Shown: positions 39,600 to 50,400 of the stretch, piece after piece
How the letters are laid out: every line of letters begins with the position of its first letter
Numbering within the stretch: the stretch's first letter is position 1
Assembly (NCBI GenBank): GCA_965216635.1
Contig: OZ244188.1
Span: forward strand, 256,001 to 320,000
Direction: 5' to 3'
DNA from: a bacterium
Lineage (GTDB): Bacteria; SAR324; XYD2-FULL-50-16; G965216635
DNA length: 64,000 nucleotides
Translations under genes and position numbers: made by a program
The notes under the pieces: generated by a model
Databases searched by the model: none
What the model saw: the letters and a program-made list of their open reading frames with translations, nothing else
Told to the model about the DNA's origin: nothing

Positions 39600-41420
39600 T
39601 TTTTGCTAAAAATGGTATTTTATACTTTCGGAAAAGCAAAAAGAGTGAAAATTTAACGTTAAGCAAAAACGAACTGCAAAAGAGCCACTGGTATGACCAT
39701 TTGGCTCTTTTGCAATAATATGTTTGAAATTTAAAGCAAAAAGGCGACACTGCTTCCTTATTTTTAATGCCTAATTCAATGAGAAATTAAACATTGCAGG
39801 GGTTTTTTGCTAAAAATTGTATTTTATACTTTCGGAAAAGCAAAAAGAGTAAAAATTTAACGTTAAGCAAAAACGGACTGCAAAAGAGCCAGTAGTATGA
39901 CCATTTGGCTCTTTTGCAGTAATATGTGTTTGAAATTTAAAGCAAAAAGGCGTATTAATGCCTAATTCAATGAGAAATTAAACATTGCAGAGGTTGTTTT
40001 CTATAAAATTGTATTTTATATTTTCGGAAAAGCAAAAAGAGTAAAAATTTAGCGTTAAGCAAAAACGAACTGCAAAAGAGCCACTGGTATGACCATTTGG
40101 CTCTTTTGCAGTAATATGTGTTTGAAATTTAAAGCAAAAAGGCGACACTGCTACCTTATTTTTAATGCCTAATTCAATGAGAAATTAAACATTGCAGAGG
40201 TTTTTTTGCTAAAAATTGTATTTTATACTTTCGGAAAAGCAAAAAGAGTAAAAATTTAGCATTAAGCAAAAACGAACTGCAAAAGAGCCACTGGTATGAC
40301 CATTTGGCTCTTTTGCAATAATATGTTTGAAATTTAAAGCAAAAAGGCGTATTAATACCTAATTCAATGAGAAATTAAACATTGCAGAGGTTTTTTGCTA
40401 AAAATGGTATTTTATACTTTCGGAAAAGCAAAAAGAGTAAAAATTTAGCGTTAAGCAAAAACGAACTGCAAAAGAGCCACTGGTATGACCATTTGGCTCA
40501 TACCAGTGGCTCTTTTTCAATAATATATGTTTGAAATTTAAAGCAAAAAGGCGACACTGCTACCTTATTTTTAATACCTAATTCAATGAGAAATTAAACA
40601 TTGCAGGGGTTATTTTCTAAAAATGGTATTTTATACTTTCGGAAAAGCAAAAAGAGTAAAAATTTAGCGTTAAGCAAAAACGGACTGCAAAAGAGCCACT
40701 GGTATGACCATTTGGCTCTTTTGCAATAATATGTTTGAAATTTAAAGCAAAAAAGCGACACTGCTACCTTATTTTTAATGCCTAATTCAATGAGAAATTA
40801 AACATTGCAGAGTTTTTTTGCTAAAAATTGTATTTTATACTTTCGGAAAAGCAAAAAGAGTAAAAATTTAACGTTAAGCAAAAACGAACTGCAAAAGAGC
40901 CACTGGTATGACCATTTGGCTCTTTTGCAATAATATGTTTGAAATTTAAAGCAAAAAGGCGTATTAATACCTAAATCAATGAGAAATTAAACATTGCAGA
41001 GGTTTTTTGCTAAAAATTGTATTTTATACTTGACAAAGAAGTTTTTTTTGCTAAAAATTGTATTTTATACTTTCGGAAAAGCAAAAAGAGTAAAAATTTA
41101 GCGTTAAGCAAAAACGAACTGCAAAAGAGCCACTGGCTCTTTTGCAATAATATGTTTGAAATTTAAAGCAAAAAGGCGTATTAATACCTAAATCAATGAG
41201 AAATTAAACATTGCAGAGGTTTTTTGCTAAAAATTGTATTTTATACTTTCGGAAAAGCAAAAAGAGTAAAAATTTAGCGTTAAGCAAAAACGAACTGCAA
41301 AAGAGCCACTGGTATGACCATTTGGCTCTTTTGCAATAATATGTTTGAAATTTAAAGCAAAAAGGCGTATTAATACCTAATTCAATGAGAAATTAAACAT
41401 TGCAGAGGTTATTTGCTATA
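39600..41420. repeat. Tandem hairpin array 1 (9 units, ~175-230 bp)
   Basis: Nine TTTCGGAAAAGCAAAAAGAG units, each with TGCAAAAGAGCC-loop-GGCTCTTTT(G/T)CA. Confidence 0.95.
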
Positions 41421-41633
41421 AAATTTTTAGTTTTTGCTTAAAATTATATTTTTAATCTTGACAAAGAATTTTTTATTTGCTAAAAACTATATTTTTTACT
41501 TGATTCAGAAGTTTTTTTTGCTAAAATTTGTATTTTTTACTTAACAATAAATTTATTTTAAAAAAACTTTTCTGCTTAAAGCTATGTTTTATCTACTCAT
41601 AAAAACTTTTTTGCTAAAAATTGTATTTTATAC

Positions 41634-41661
41634 TTGACAAAGAAGTTTTTTTTGCTAAACT
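41634..41661 (+). promoter_or_regulatory. Sigma70-like promoter of TpsA-2
   Basis: TTGACA-N16(T8)-TAAACT with a TG extension. Confidence 0.6.
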
Positions 41662-41685
41662 ATACAAACTTACTTTTTTTTATTA

Positions 41686-41762
41686 TAGACCTTTGAATTT
41701 TGCTGATGCGACGGCAAGGCTAAACAGCTAGTTTTGTCCTATTTGGCAAATTCAAAAGTCTA
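41686..41762. mobile_element. MITE, short form
   Basis: TAGACCTTTGAATTT...CAAATTCAAAAGTCTA. Confidence 0.85.
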
Positions 41763-41793
41763 TATTGTTAAAAATCAACCTAATCGTGTAACC

Positions 41794-44700
41794 ATGAAAA
41801 AAATACTACCCTTATTAGTGCTGTTTGTTTTGAGTACCCATTTTATTTTGGCTCAAACGACTATTAATATAGAAAAACCTACCAGGGATGGGCTTTCTAA
41901 CAATGAAGTGACCGATTTTGATGTTAATGCAAATGGAACTATTTTAAACAATAGTGCAGAAAGAGGCAGAGCCAGGCTAGGCAATACAGAAGTAAGTGCC
42001 AATCCCAATATTACAGATAGAGAAGCAGATGTTATTCTATTCCAAGTGATTACAAATAATAGTAGCGACTTGAACGGAAGAATAGAAGTATTTGGCAGTG
42101 AAGCCGGAGTAATTATAGCGAATCCTAATGGAATCACCTGTAATGGTTGCGGCTTTATCAATGCTAGTAAGGTAGATCTAGTTACAGGCACAGCCAATAT
42201 TTTAAGGAATACTTTGAATGGTTTTAATATAAACCCTGCAGCATATCTCCGTGTGCTAGGAAGAATAGGATTTGTCAACGATGCTGTAACAGATGAGTTA
42301 AACCTGGCATCCCGTTATTACGAAATTAACGCTCAAGTCAAAGCGAACGATACTTTAAGAATTTTAGCTGGAAATGGCAGATACAACCACATAACGAATA
42401 CTATTACTTCTAGTTCTCTTTTAAATCCCAGCACTGCTCCAATAGATTTAGGATCTAGTAGCAACCTAAGAGCAAACTCCATTGAACTATTAGCTACAGA
42501 AGAGAATGCTGATTATGGTATTATAAATGAAGGAAACATTTCTGCTAATAGTCTTAATATTACAGCAAAAAGTTTCTTTATCAACCACTCTTCTGCAACG
42601 ATTAATGCTAATACCTTGACGATTGAAGTAACGGACTTTTCTGATGATATTACCACTTTTGCAACTGTTTCAGCAGATACTTTAAATTTTATACTCACCA
42701 ATGATTTTACCCATACAAGTGATTCTTTTAATGGCTTTACCTTCAATAATTTAGGAGTTTCTACAGACGGTTATTTTAGAAATGAAGCTGACCTTGCCGT
42801 AAATAGCTTCAATGTCACAGCTGGAGAATACTTTTGGAATCGAAATTCTGCAACGATTAACACTGGTAGTTTTAATGTTACAGCTGGAACTAACTTTGAA
42901 AACCACGATAATGCAACGATTAACGCTGGTAGCTTCAATGTTACAACTGGAACCGACTTTACCAATACAGGCTCAACGATTAAAGCGGATAGTTTTAATG
43001 TCACAACCGGAACTCGCTTTTACAATGAAGAATCCTCAACGATTGACGCAGATAGCTTTAATGTCACAACTGGAACTCGCTTTTACAATTACGCCGCAAC
43101 GATTAACGCAGATAACGTTTATATCACAGCTGGAACTCGCTTTTACAATGAAGAATCCTCAACGATTAACGCAAATAGCGTGACGATTGAAGTAACGGAC
43201 TTTGCTGCTGATATTGAAAACACCGCAACTGTTGCAGCAGATACTTTAAACCTTATACTCACCAATAATTTTACCTATAGCAGTGATTCTTTTAATGGTT
43301 TTACCTTCAATAATTTAGGGGTTGATACACAAGGCAGATTTATTAATGAAGCCGACCTTGTTGTCCCTGGTACCTTGACGATTGAAGTAACGGACTTTGC
43401 TGCTGATATTGAAAACACCGCAACTGTTTCAGCAGATACTTTAAACCTTATACTCACCAATAATTTCACCCATACAAGTGATTCTTTTAATGGCTTTACC
43501 TTCAATAATTTAGGAATTTCTACATACGGTTATTTTGCTAATGAAGCTGACATTGTTGTAGATAGCTTTGATGCCACAACTGGAGCTGACTTTAGCAATC
43601 AAAATTCCGCAATGATTAACGCGGATAGCTTCCATGTTACAGCTGGAGTTAGCTTTTGGAATATAAATTCCGCAACGATTAGTGCGGATAGCTTCAATGT
43701 TACGGCTGAAAATGGCTTTAAAAACTTCAGCAGTGCAACGATTAACGCAAATAGCTTCAATATCACAGCTGGAGGCTTTTATAACAACCACGCAACGATT
43801 AACGCAGATAGCTTGAATATCACGGCTGGAGAAGGCTTTACCAATCAAAGTTTCTCAACGATTAGTGCGGTTAGCTTGAATGTCACAGTTGGAACTTCCT
43901 TTATCAACCAATCTGCAACGATTGACGTTGCTGATAGCTTGAATGTCACAGTTGGAACTAACTTTACCAATTATAATTCCGCAACGATTAGTGCTGATAG
44001 CTTGAATGTTACGGCTGAAGGTGACTTTGAAAACTTCGCTAGCATTAACGCTGATACCCTTTTGAATATCGCATTGACTGACGCAGCTGGTAGTTTTAAG
44101 AATACTGGAGGAATAGCTAGTGCTGATACTTTCAAACTGTCTGTAGCTGGTGATTTTAATTATATTAGCGATTTTCTAAACAATGGAACTATTAATTCTA
44201 ACAGCTTCAATCTCAATGTAGGCGGTGATTTTATCAACAACGATGCGGCTAACGATTTTACTTGGGGCGAAAATAATAGCCTTACTGTGACTGGAACTGC
44301 TTCTGTTTTTGCAGACAGTTTTAATAATAGCGGAACTCTAAATGCTAATAGCTTTAATATTACAGCAACGGATATTACTAACACTGGAACTATCAATGCT
44401 GACAATATTTTGAATACAACATTGACTAGCACAGCAGATAACAGTTTTGCTAATACTGGTGGAGTAGCTGCAGATACCTTCAATCTTTCTGTAGCAGGCG
44501 ATTTTGATTATATTAGTGATTTTTCACGCAATGGAACTATTAATACTAACAGTTTCAATCTCAATGTAGGCGGTGATTTTAGCAACAACGATGCAGCCAA
44601 TGATTTTACTTGGGGTGCAAACGATAGTTTAGTTGTGTCTGGAAATACTGATATTACCACAAGAAATTTTACTCAATCTGGTGTAGTAGATGTTAATGGA

Positions 44701-46551
44701 ATTTTTACTATTAATGCAGAGGCTCTTATTCGCAATGAAGGAACTATTGATACTCATACCTTAGTTATTGATACAGATAGCATTCATAATCCAGGAAATA
44801 TTACCGCTAATACTTCTTTAAATATCACAGCAATAAATGATGTTTTTTCAGGGGGAAGCATTACAACTTCTATTTTGAATGTTGATACTGGAAGAAACTT
44901 TGCCAACCACGGAGCTATTACTGCTAATAACTCTTTTGAAATTACCTCTGGAAATACAGTTGAAAACCACGGATCCATTGTTTCTGGTAGCTTAGATATA
45001 ACTGCAGCGGATTATTTTAGAAATTTAAGCGGCGGGGATATTAGCGTAGATACTTTAAATATCACAGCTGGAGGCAAGGTTACAAATATAGCTACTATTA
45101 CTACTAGAACTTTGAATATTACAGCAAATAATAACTCTTCCAGAACAGACGATACGACAGGCTTTTATGTTGCCAACCACGGGGATATTATTGCAGATAC
45201 TTTAAATATAACAGCAAAGGGTCTTGTTCATAATGCGGCAACCATTGATACTCATATCTTAACTATTGATACAGATAGCATTCATAATCCAGGAAATATT
45301 ACTGCTACCACCTATTTGACTATCACAGCAACAAACGATGTTTTTTCAGGGGGAAGCATTACAACTTCTATTTTGGATATTGATGCTGGAAGGAACTTTG
45401 CCAACCACGGATCTATTACTGCTAATAACTCTTTTGAAATCACCGCTGGAAATACAGTTGAAAACCACGGATCCATTGTTTCTGGTAGCTTAGATATAAT
45501 TGCAGCGGATTATTTTAGAAACTTAAACGGTGGGGATATTAATGTAGCTACTTTAAATATCACAGCTGGAGGCAAGGTTACAAATATAGCTACTATTACT
45601 GCTGGAACTTTGAATATTACAGCAAATAATAACTCTTCCAGAACAGACGATACGACAGGCTTTTATGTTGCTAACCACGGGGATATTATTGCAGATACTT
45701 TCAACATAACAGCAAAGGGTCTTATTCATAATGCGGCAACCATTGATACTCATATCTTAACTATTGATACAGATAGCATTCATAATCCAGGAAATATTAC
45801 TGCTAATACCTATTTGACTATCACAGCAACAAACGATGTTTTTTCAGGGGGAAGCATTACAACTTCTACTTTGAATATTGATGCTGGAAGGAACTTTGCC
45901 AACCACGGAGATATTATTGCTAATAACTCTTTTGAAATTACCGCTGGAAATACAGTTGAAAACCACGGATCTATTGTTTCTGTTAGTTTAGATATAACTG
46001 CAGATGATTATTTTAGAAATTTAGGCGGCGGGGATATTAATGTAGATACTTTAAATATCACAGCTGGAGGCAAGGTTACAAATATAGCTACGATTACTGC
46101 TAGAATTTTGAATATTGCAGCAAATAATGACTCCTCCAGAACAGACGATACGACAGGCTTTTATGTTGCCAACCGAGGAGATATTATTGCAGATACTTTA
46201 AACATAGCAGCAGAAGATAATTTTTATAACCGAGGAGATATTACCGCAGATACTTTCAATATAACAAAAGCGAAAAATATTTTTTTCCTTAATACAGAAA
46301 TAGCTAGTTATACAGGCACTTATGATGGTGGGGATGTTTATCTTACAGGGGATTCTAGTTTTACAGCAACTGGTAGAATAGAAAACTACGGATTGATAGA
46401 TCTCAATGATTCTAGTTTGGATATTACAGCGGAGACATTTATCAATCAAGAAGATGCTACCATTGATGCTGCTACATTAAACCTCAATGTTGAATCTTCC
46501 ACCGACAATGGCACTATTACTGCCATAACCAACATAACCAACAATCAATAG
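41794..46551 (+). CDS. Filamentous haemagglutinin-like TpsA exoprotein 2 (1585 aa)
   Basis: Signal peptide, ANPNGITCNGCGFIN, 21-aa repeats, and a ~166-aa C-proximal module present three times. Confidence 0.88.
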   Translation: MKKILPLLVLFVLSTHFILAQTTINIEKPTRDGLSNNEVTDFDVNANGTILNNSAERGRARLGNTEVSANPNITDREADVILFQVITNNSSDLNGRIEVFGSEAGVIIANPNGITCNGCGFINASKVDLVTGTANILRNTLNGFNINPAAYLRVLGRIGFVNDAVTDELNLASRYYEINAQVKANDTLRILAGNGRYNHITNTITSSSLLNPSTAPIDLGSSSNLRANSIELLATEENADYGIINEGNISANSLNITAKSFFINHSSATINANTLTIEVTDFSDDITTFATVSADTLNFILTNDFTHTSDSFNGFTFNNLGVSTDGYFRNEADLAVNSFNVTAGEYFWNRNSATINTGSFNVTAGTNFENHDNATINAGSFNVTTGTDFTNTGSTIKADSFNVTTGTRFYNEESSTIDADSFNVTTGTRFYNYAATINADNVYITAGTRFYNEESSTINANSVTIEVTDFAADIENTATVAADTLNLILTNNFTYSSDSFNGFTFNNLGVDTQGRFINEADLVVPGTLTIEVTDFAADIENTATVSADTLNLILTNNFTHTSDSFNGFTFNNLGISTYGYFANEADIVVDSFDATTGADFSNQNSAMINADSFHVTAGVSFWNINSATISADSFNVTAENGFKNFSSATINANSFNITAGGFYNNHATINADSLNITAGEGFTNQSFSTISAVSLNVTVGTSFINQSATIDVADSLNVTVGTNFTNYNSATISADSLNVTAEGDFENFASINADTLLNIALTDAAGSFKNTGGIASADTFKLSVAGDFNYISDFLNNGTINSNSFNLNVGGDFINNDAANDFTWGENNSLTVTGTASVFADSFNNSGTLNANSFNITATDITNTGTINADNILNTTLTSTADNSFANTGGVAADTFNLSVAGDFDYISDFSRNGTINTNSFNLNVGGDFSNNDAANDFTWGANDSLVVSGNTDITTRNFTQSGVVDVNGIFTINAEALIRNEGTIDTHTLVIDTDSIHNPGNITANTSLNITAINDVFSGGSITTSILNVDTGRNFANHGAITANNSFEITSGNTVENHGSIVSGSLDITAADYFRNLSGGDISVDTLNITAGGKVTNIATITTRTLNITANNNSSRTDDTTGFYVANHGDIIADTLNITAKGLVHNAATIDTHILTIDTDSIHNPGNITATTYLTITATNDVFSGGSITTSILDIDAGRNFANHGSITANNSFEITAGNTVENHGSIVSGSLDIIAADYFRNLNGGDINVATLNITAGGKVTNIATITAGTLNITANNNSSRTDDTTGFYVANHGDIIADTFNITAKGLIHNAATIDTHILTIDTDSIHNPGNITANTYLTITATNDVFSGGSITTSTLNIDAGRNFANHGDIIANNSFEITAGNTVENHGSIVSVSLDITADDYFRNLGGGDINVDTLNITAGGKVTNIATITARILNIAANNDSSRTDDTTGFYVANRGDIIADTLNIAAEDNFYNRGDITADTFNITKAKNIFFLNTEIASYTGTYDGGDVYLTGDSSFTATGRIENYGLIDLNDSSLDITAETFINQEDATIDAATLNLNVESSTDNGTITAITNITNNQ

Positions 46552-46789
46552 AGATTAGTTTGGTTTTATCCTTAAAATCAAGGAAAAAGCTCATACCAAC
46601 TACTTCCATACAAGCTAAGAAAAAGCACTTTTTCTACGCCATTAAATAAAAATTCAACACACAGCAAAGAAAAAATTCAGCACACAGCAAAGACGAAGTG
46701 CAAATTGGAATTTTTTAAGGAAAAGCTACCTAACAAAGAAGTTTTTTTGCTAAAAATGATATTTCATATCTGAAAGAAATTAGTTTTTG

Positions 46790-47235
46790 CTAAAAATTGT
46801 ATTTTATACTTTCGGAAAAACAAAAAGAGTAAAAATTTTGCGTTAAGCAAAAACGAACTGCAAAAGAGCCAGTGGCTCTTTTGCAATAATATGTTTGAAA
46901 TTTAAAGCAAAAAAGTTTTTTTTGTTAAAAATAATATTTCATGCTTTCGGAAAAGCAAAAAGAGTAAAAATTTAGCGTTAAGCAAAAACGAACTGCAAAA
47001 GAGCCACTGGCTCTTTTGCAATAATATGTTTGAAATTTAAAGCAAAAAGGCGTATTAATGCCTAATTCAATGAGAAATTAAACATTGCAGGGGTTATTTG
47101 CTAAAAATTGTATTTTATACTTTCGGAAAAGCAAAAATAGTAAAAATTTAACGTTAAGCAAAAACGGACTGCAAAAGAGCCAGTGGCTCTTTTGCAATAA
47201 TATGTTTGAAATTTTAAGCAAAAAAGTTTTTTTTG
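46790..47235. repeat. Tandem hairpin array 2 (3 units)
   Basis: Units at about 46810, 46945 and 47121. Confidence 0.92.
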
Positions 47236-47256
47236 CTTAAAATTATATTTTTAATC

Positions 47257-47285
47257 TTGACAAAGAAATTAGTTTTTGCTAAACT
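47257..47285 (+). promoter_or_regulatory. Sigma70-like promoter of TpsA-3
   Basis: TTGACA-N17-TAAACT. Confidence 0.65.
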
Positions 47286-47309
47286 ATACAAACTTACTTT
47301 TTTTTATTA

Positions 47310-47386
47310 TAGACCTTTGAATTTCGCTGATGCGACGGCAAGGCTAAACAGCTAGTTTTGTCCTATTTGGCAAATTCAAAAGTCTA
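47310..47386. mobile_element. MITE, short form
   Basis: Same terminal inverted repeats as the other copies. Confidence 0.85.
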
Positions 47387-47415
47387 TATTATTAAAAATC
47401 AACCATTATAAAACC

Positions 47416-50400
47416 ATGAAAAGAATACTACCCTTATTACTGTTGTTTGTTTTGAGTATCCCCTTTATTAAAAGCAATGTTGTTTTTGCTCAAACAACAA
47501 CCCATACTATAGTAAGACCCGATTCAAACGGGCTTTCTAACAATCAAGTGACCGATTTTGATGTTAATGCAGACGGAGCTATTTTAAACAATAGCGCAGC
47601 AGGAGGCACAGCCCAGCTAGGCTCTACAGCAGTGAGTGCCAATCCCAATATTACAGCAGGTAGCGAAGCAGAACTTATCCTATTCCAAGTAACAAGCGCT
47701 ACTAATACTAGTGAGTTAAGCGGAAAAATAGAAGTATTTGGCAGGAAAAACGACAATAAAGCTGCGTTAATTATAGCCAATCCTAATGGAATCACCTGTA
47801 GTGGTTGCGGTTTTATCAATGCTAGCAAGGTAGACCTAGTCACAGGCACAGCCAATTTTACAGCTGGCGAGTTGACTAATTTTAGTATAGACGGTAGCGC
47901 GCAGCTCCGTGCGAGCACAACAGGAGGAGGCTTTTTAAGCGATGCTTTGGTAGACGAATTAAACCTAGTGTCTCGTTACATAATAGCTGAGGATTCCGCT
48001 CAAATCAAAGCTAACGATACTTTAAGAGTTTTAGCTGGAAATGAAACTTACAATCCATACAACAATACTATTACTTCTAGTTCTCTTTTAAATCCCAGCA
48101 CATATCCAATATCTTTAGCATCTAATAGCAACCTAGAAGCAAACTCCATTGAACTACTAAGCGCAGAAACTTCTTATGGTATTTACAATGATGGAGGAAA
48201 CATATCTGCTGATACACTAAGGATAGATTCAGGGGGCTATTTCCGAAATCACAGTTCCGCAACGATTGACGCTGGTAGTTTTAATGTTACCGCTGGAGCT
48301 GAATTTCGCAATTCCTCAACGATTGACGCAGTTAGCTTCAATGTCACAGCAGCTGGACAATTTATCAATCATTCTGCAGCGATTAACGCAGATAGCTTCA
48401 ATGTTACAGCTGGAACTCGCTTTCGCAATAACTCAACGATTAACGCAGATAGCTTCAATGTTACAGCTGAAGATGACTTTAGCAATGAATTTCCTGGCGC
48501 AACGATTAACGCGGATAGCTTCAATGTCACAGCTGGAGATTACTTTTACAATGAAAATTCAGCAACGATTAACGCAGCTAGCTTCAATGTCACAACTGGA
48601 AAGGGCTTTGAGAATCAATCTTCCGCAACGATTAACGCAGCTAGCTTCAATGTCACAACTGGAAAGGGCTTTGAGAATCAATCTTCCGCAACGATTAACG
48701 CAGATAGCGTAACGATTGAAGTAACGGACTTTGATGATGATATTGAAAACATTGGAACTGTTTCAGCAGATACTTTAAACCTTATACTCACCAATGATTT
48801 TACCAATACAAGCACTTCTCTTAATGGCTTTACCTTCAATAATTTAGGAGTTTCTACAGACGGTTATTTTGATAATCGAACCGATCTTACCGTAAATAAC
48901 TTCAATGTCACAGCTGGAGATTACTTTCGCAATCAACATGGTGCAACGATTGAAGCAGATAGCTTTAATGTCACAACTGGAACTTTTTTTAACAGCAGCA
49001 CATCAACGATTGAAGCAGATAGCTTTAATGTCACAACTGGAACTTACTTTGACAATGACTATAGTTCAACGATTGAAGCAGATAGCTTTAATGTCACAAC
49101 TGGAACTTACTTTGACAATGGAAGTAGATCCGCAACGATTAACGCAGGTAACTTCAATGTCACAACTGGAACTTACTTTAGCAATGAAAATTCAGCAACG
49201 ATTAACGCAGATAGCTTTGATGTCACAACTGGAGCTGGCTTTTACAATAGAAATTCTGCAACGATTGACGCAGATAGCTTCAATGTTACAGTTGGAACTT
49301 CCTTTATTAACTCATCTGCAATGATTGACGCTGCTGATAGCTTCAATGTCACAACTGGAACCGACTTTAGCAATGATTATTACGCAACGATTAGTGCAGA
49401 TAGCTTCAATGTCACAGCAGGGGATGACTTTTACAACAACGAGTTCTCAACGATTAACGCTGGGAGCTTTAATGTTACAGCAGGAGATAGCTTTAACAAT
49501 CAAAATTCCTCAACGATTGACGCAGATAGCTTCAATGTCACCGCTGGAACTAACTTTAACAATAGAAATTCCGCAACGATTAACACAGATAGCTTTAATG
49601 TCACAGCTGGAAATGGGTTTAGCAATTACAATTACGCAACAATTAAAGCAGATAGCTTTGATGTCACAACTAGGAAGAGTTTTGTCAATAACAAGGCAAC
49701 GATTAACGCAGATAGCTTCAATGTTACAGCTGGAACTTACTTTGACAGTCGCTTTTACGCAACGATTAACGCAGATAGCTTTAATGTCACAGCTGGAGAT
49801 GGATTTAGCAATTACGATTCCGCAACGATTAACGCAGATAACGTGAATGTTACGGTTACAGGTGACTTTGGAAACTCCGCTAGCATTAACGCCGCTACCC
49901 TTTTGAATATCACATTGACTGACGCAGCTGCTATTTTTTATAATACTGGCGGAACGGCTAGAGGAGATATTACTGCAAATACTTTCAATCTTTCTGTAGC
50001 GGGCGATCTTGATTATACTGATAGAGGAACTATTAATTCTAACAGCTTCAATCTCAATGTAGGAGGTGATTTTAGCAACAACAATGCAGCCAACGATTTC
50101 ACTTGGGGCGCAAACGATAGTTTAGTTGTAGCTGGAACTGCTTCTGTTGTTGCAAATAATTTTAATAATAGCGGAACTATCAATGCTAATAGCTTTGATA
50201 TTACAGCAAGTAACAGTTTTTCTAATACTGGAGGAGTAGCTAGTGCAGATACTTTCAATCTTTCTGTAGGCGCTGATTTTGACTATGTTGCTGATAGAGG
50301 CACTATTAATTCTAACAGCTTCAATCTCAATGTTGGCGGTGATTTTAGCAACAACGATGCGGCTAACGATTTTACTTGGGGCGCAAACGACATCTTAACG

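Noticed and set aside
48266..49846. Alternate-frame and antisense ORFs inside the TpsA and housekeeping genes
   Set aside because: They are shadows of repetitive coding sequence and overlap well-supported CDSs.
42780..49860. Diversity-generating retroelement acting on the TpsA repeats
   Set aside because: NNC codons are suggestive, but framework synonymous adenines (GCA, ACA, GGA) are retained and several variable codons end in A or G. No reverse transcriptase or template repeat is present in the window.
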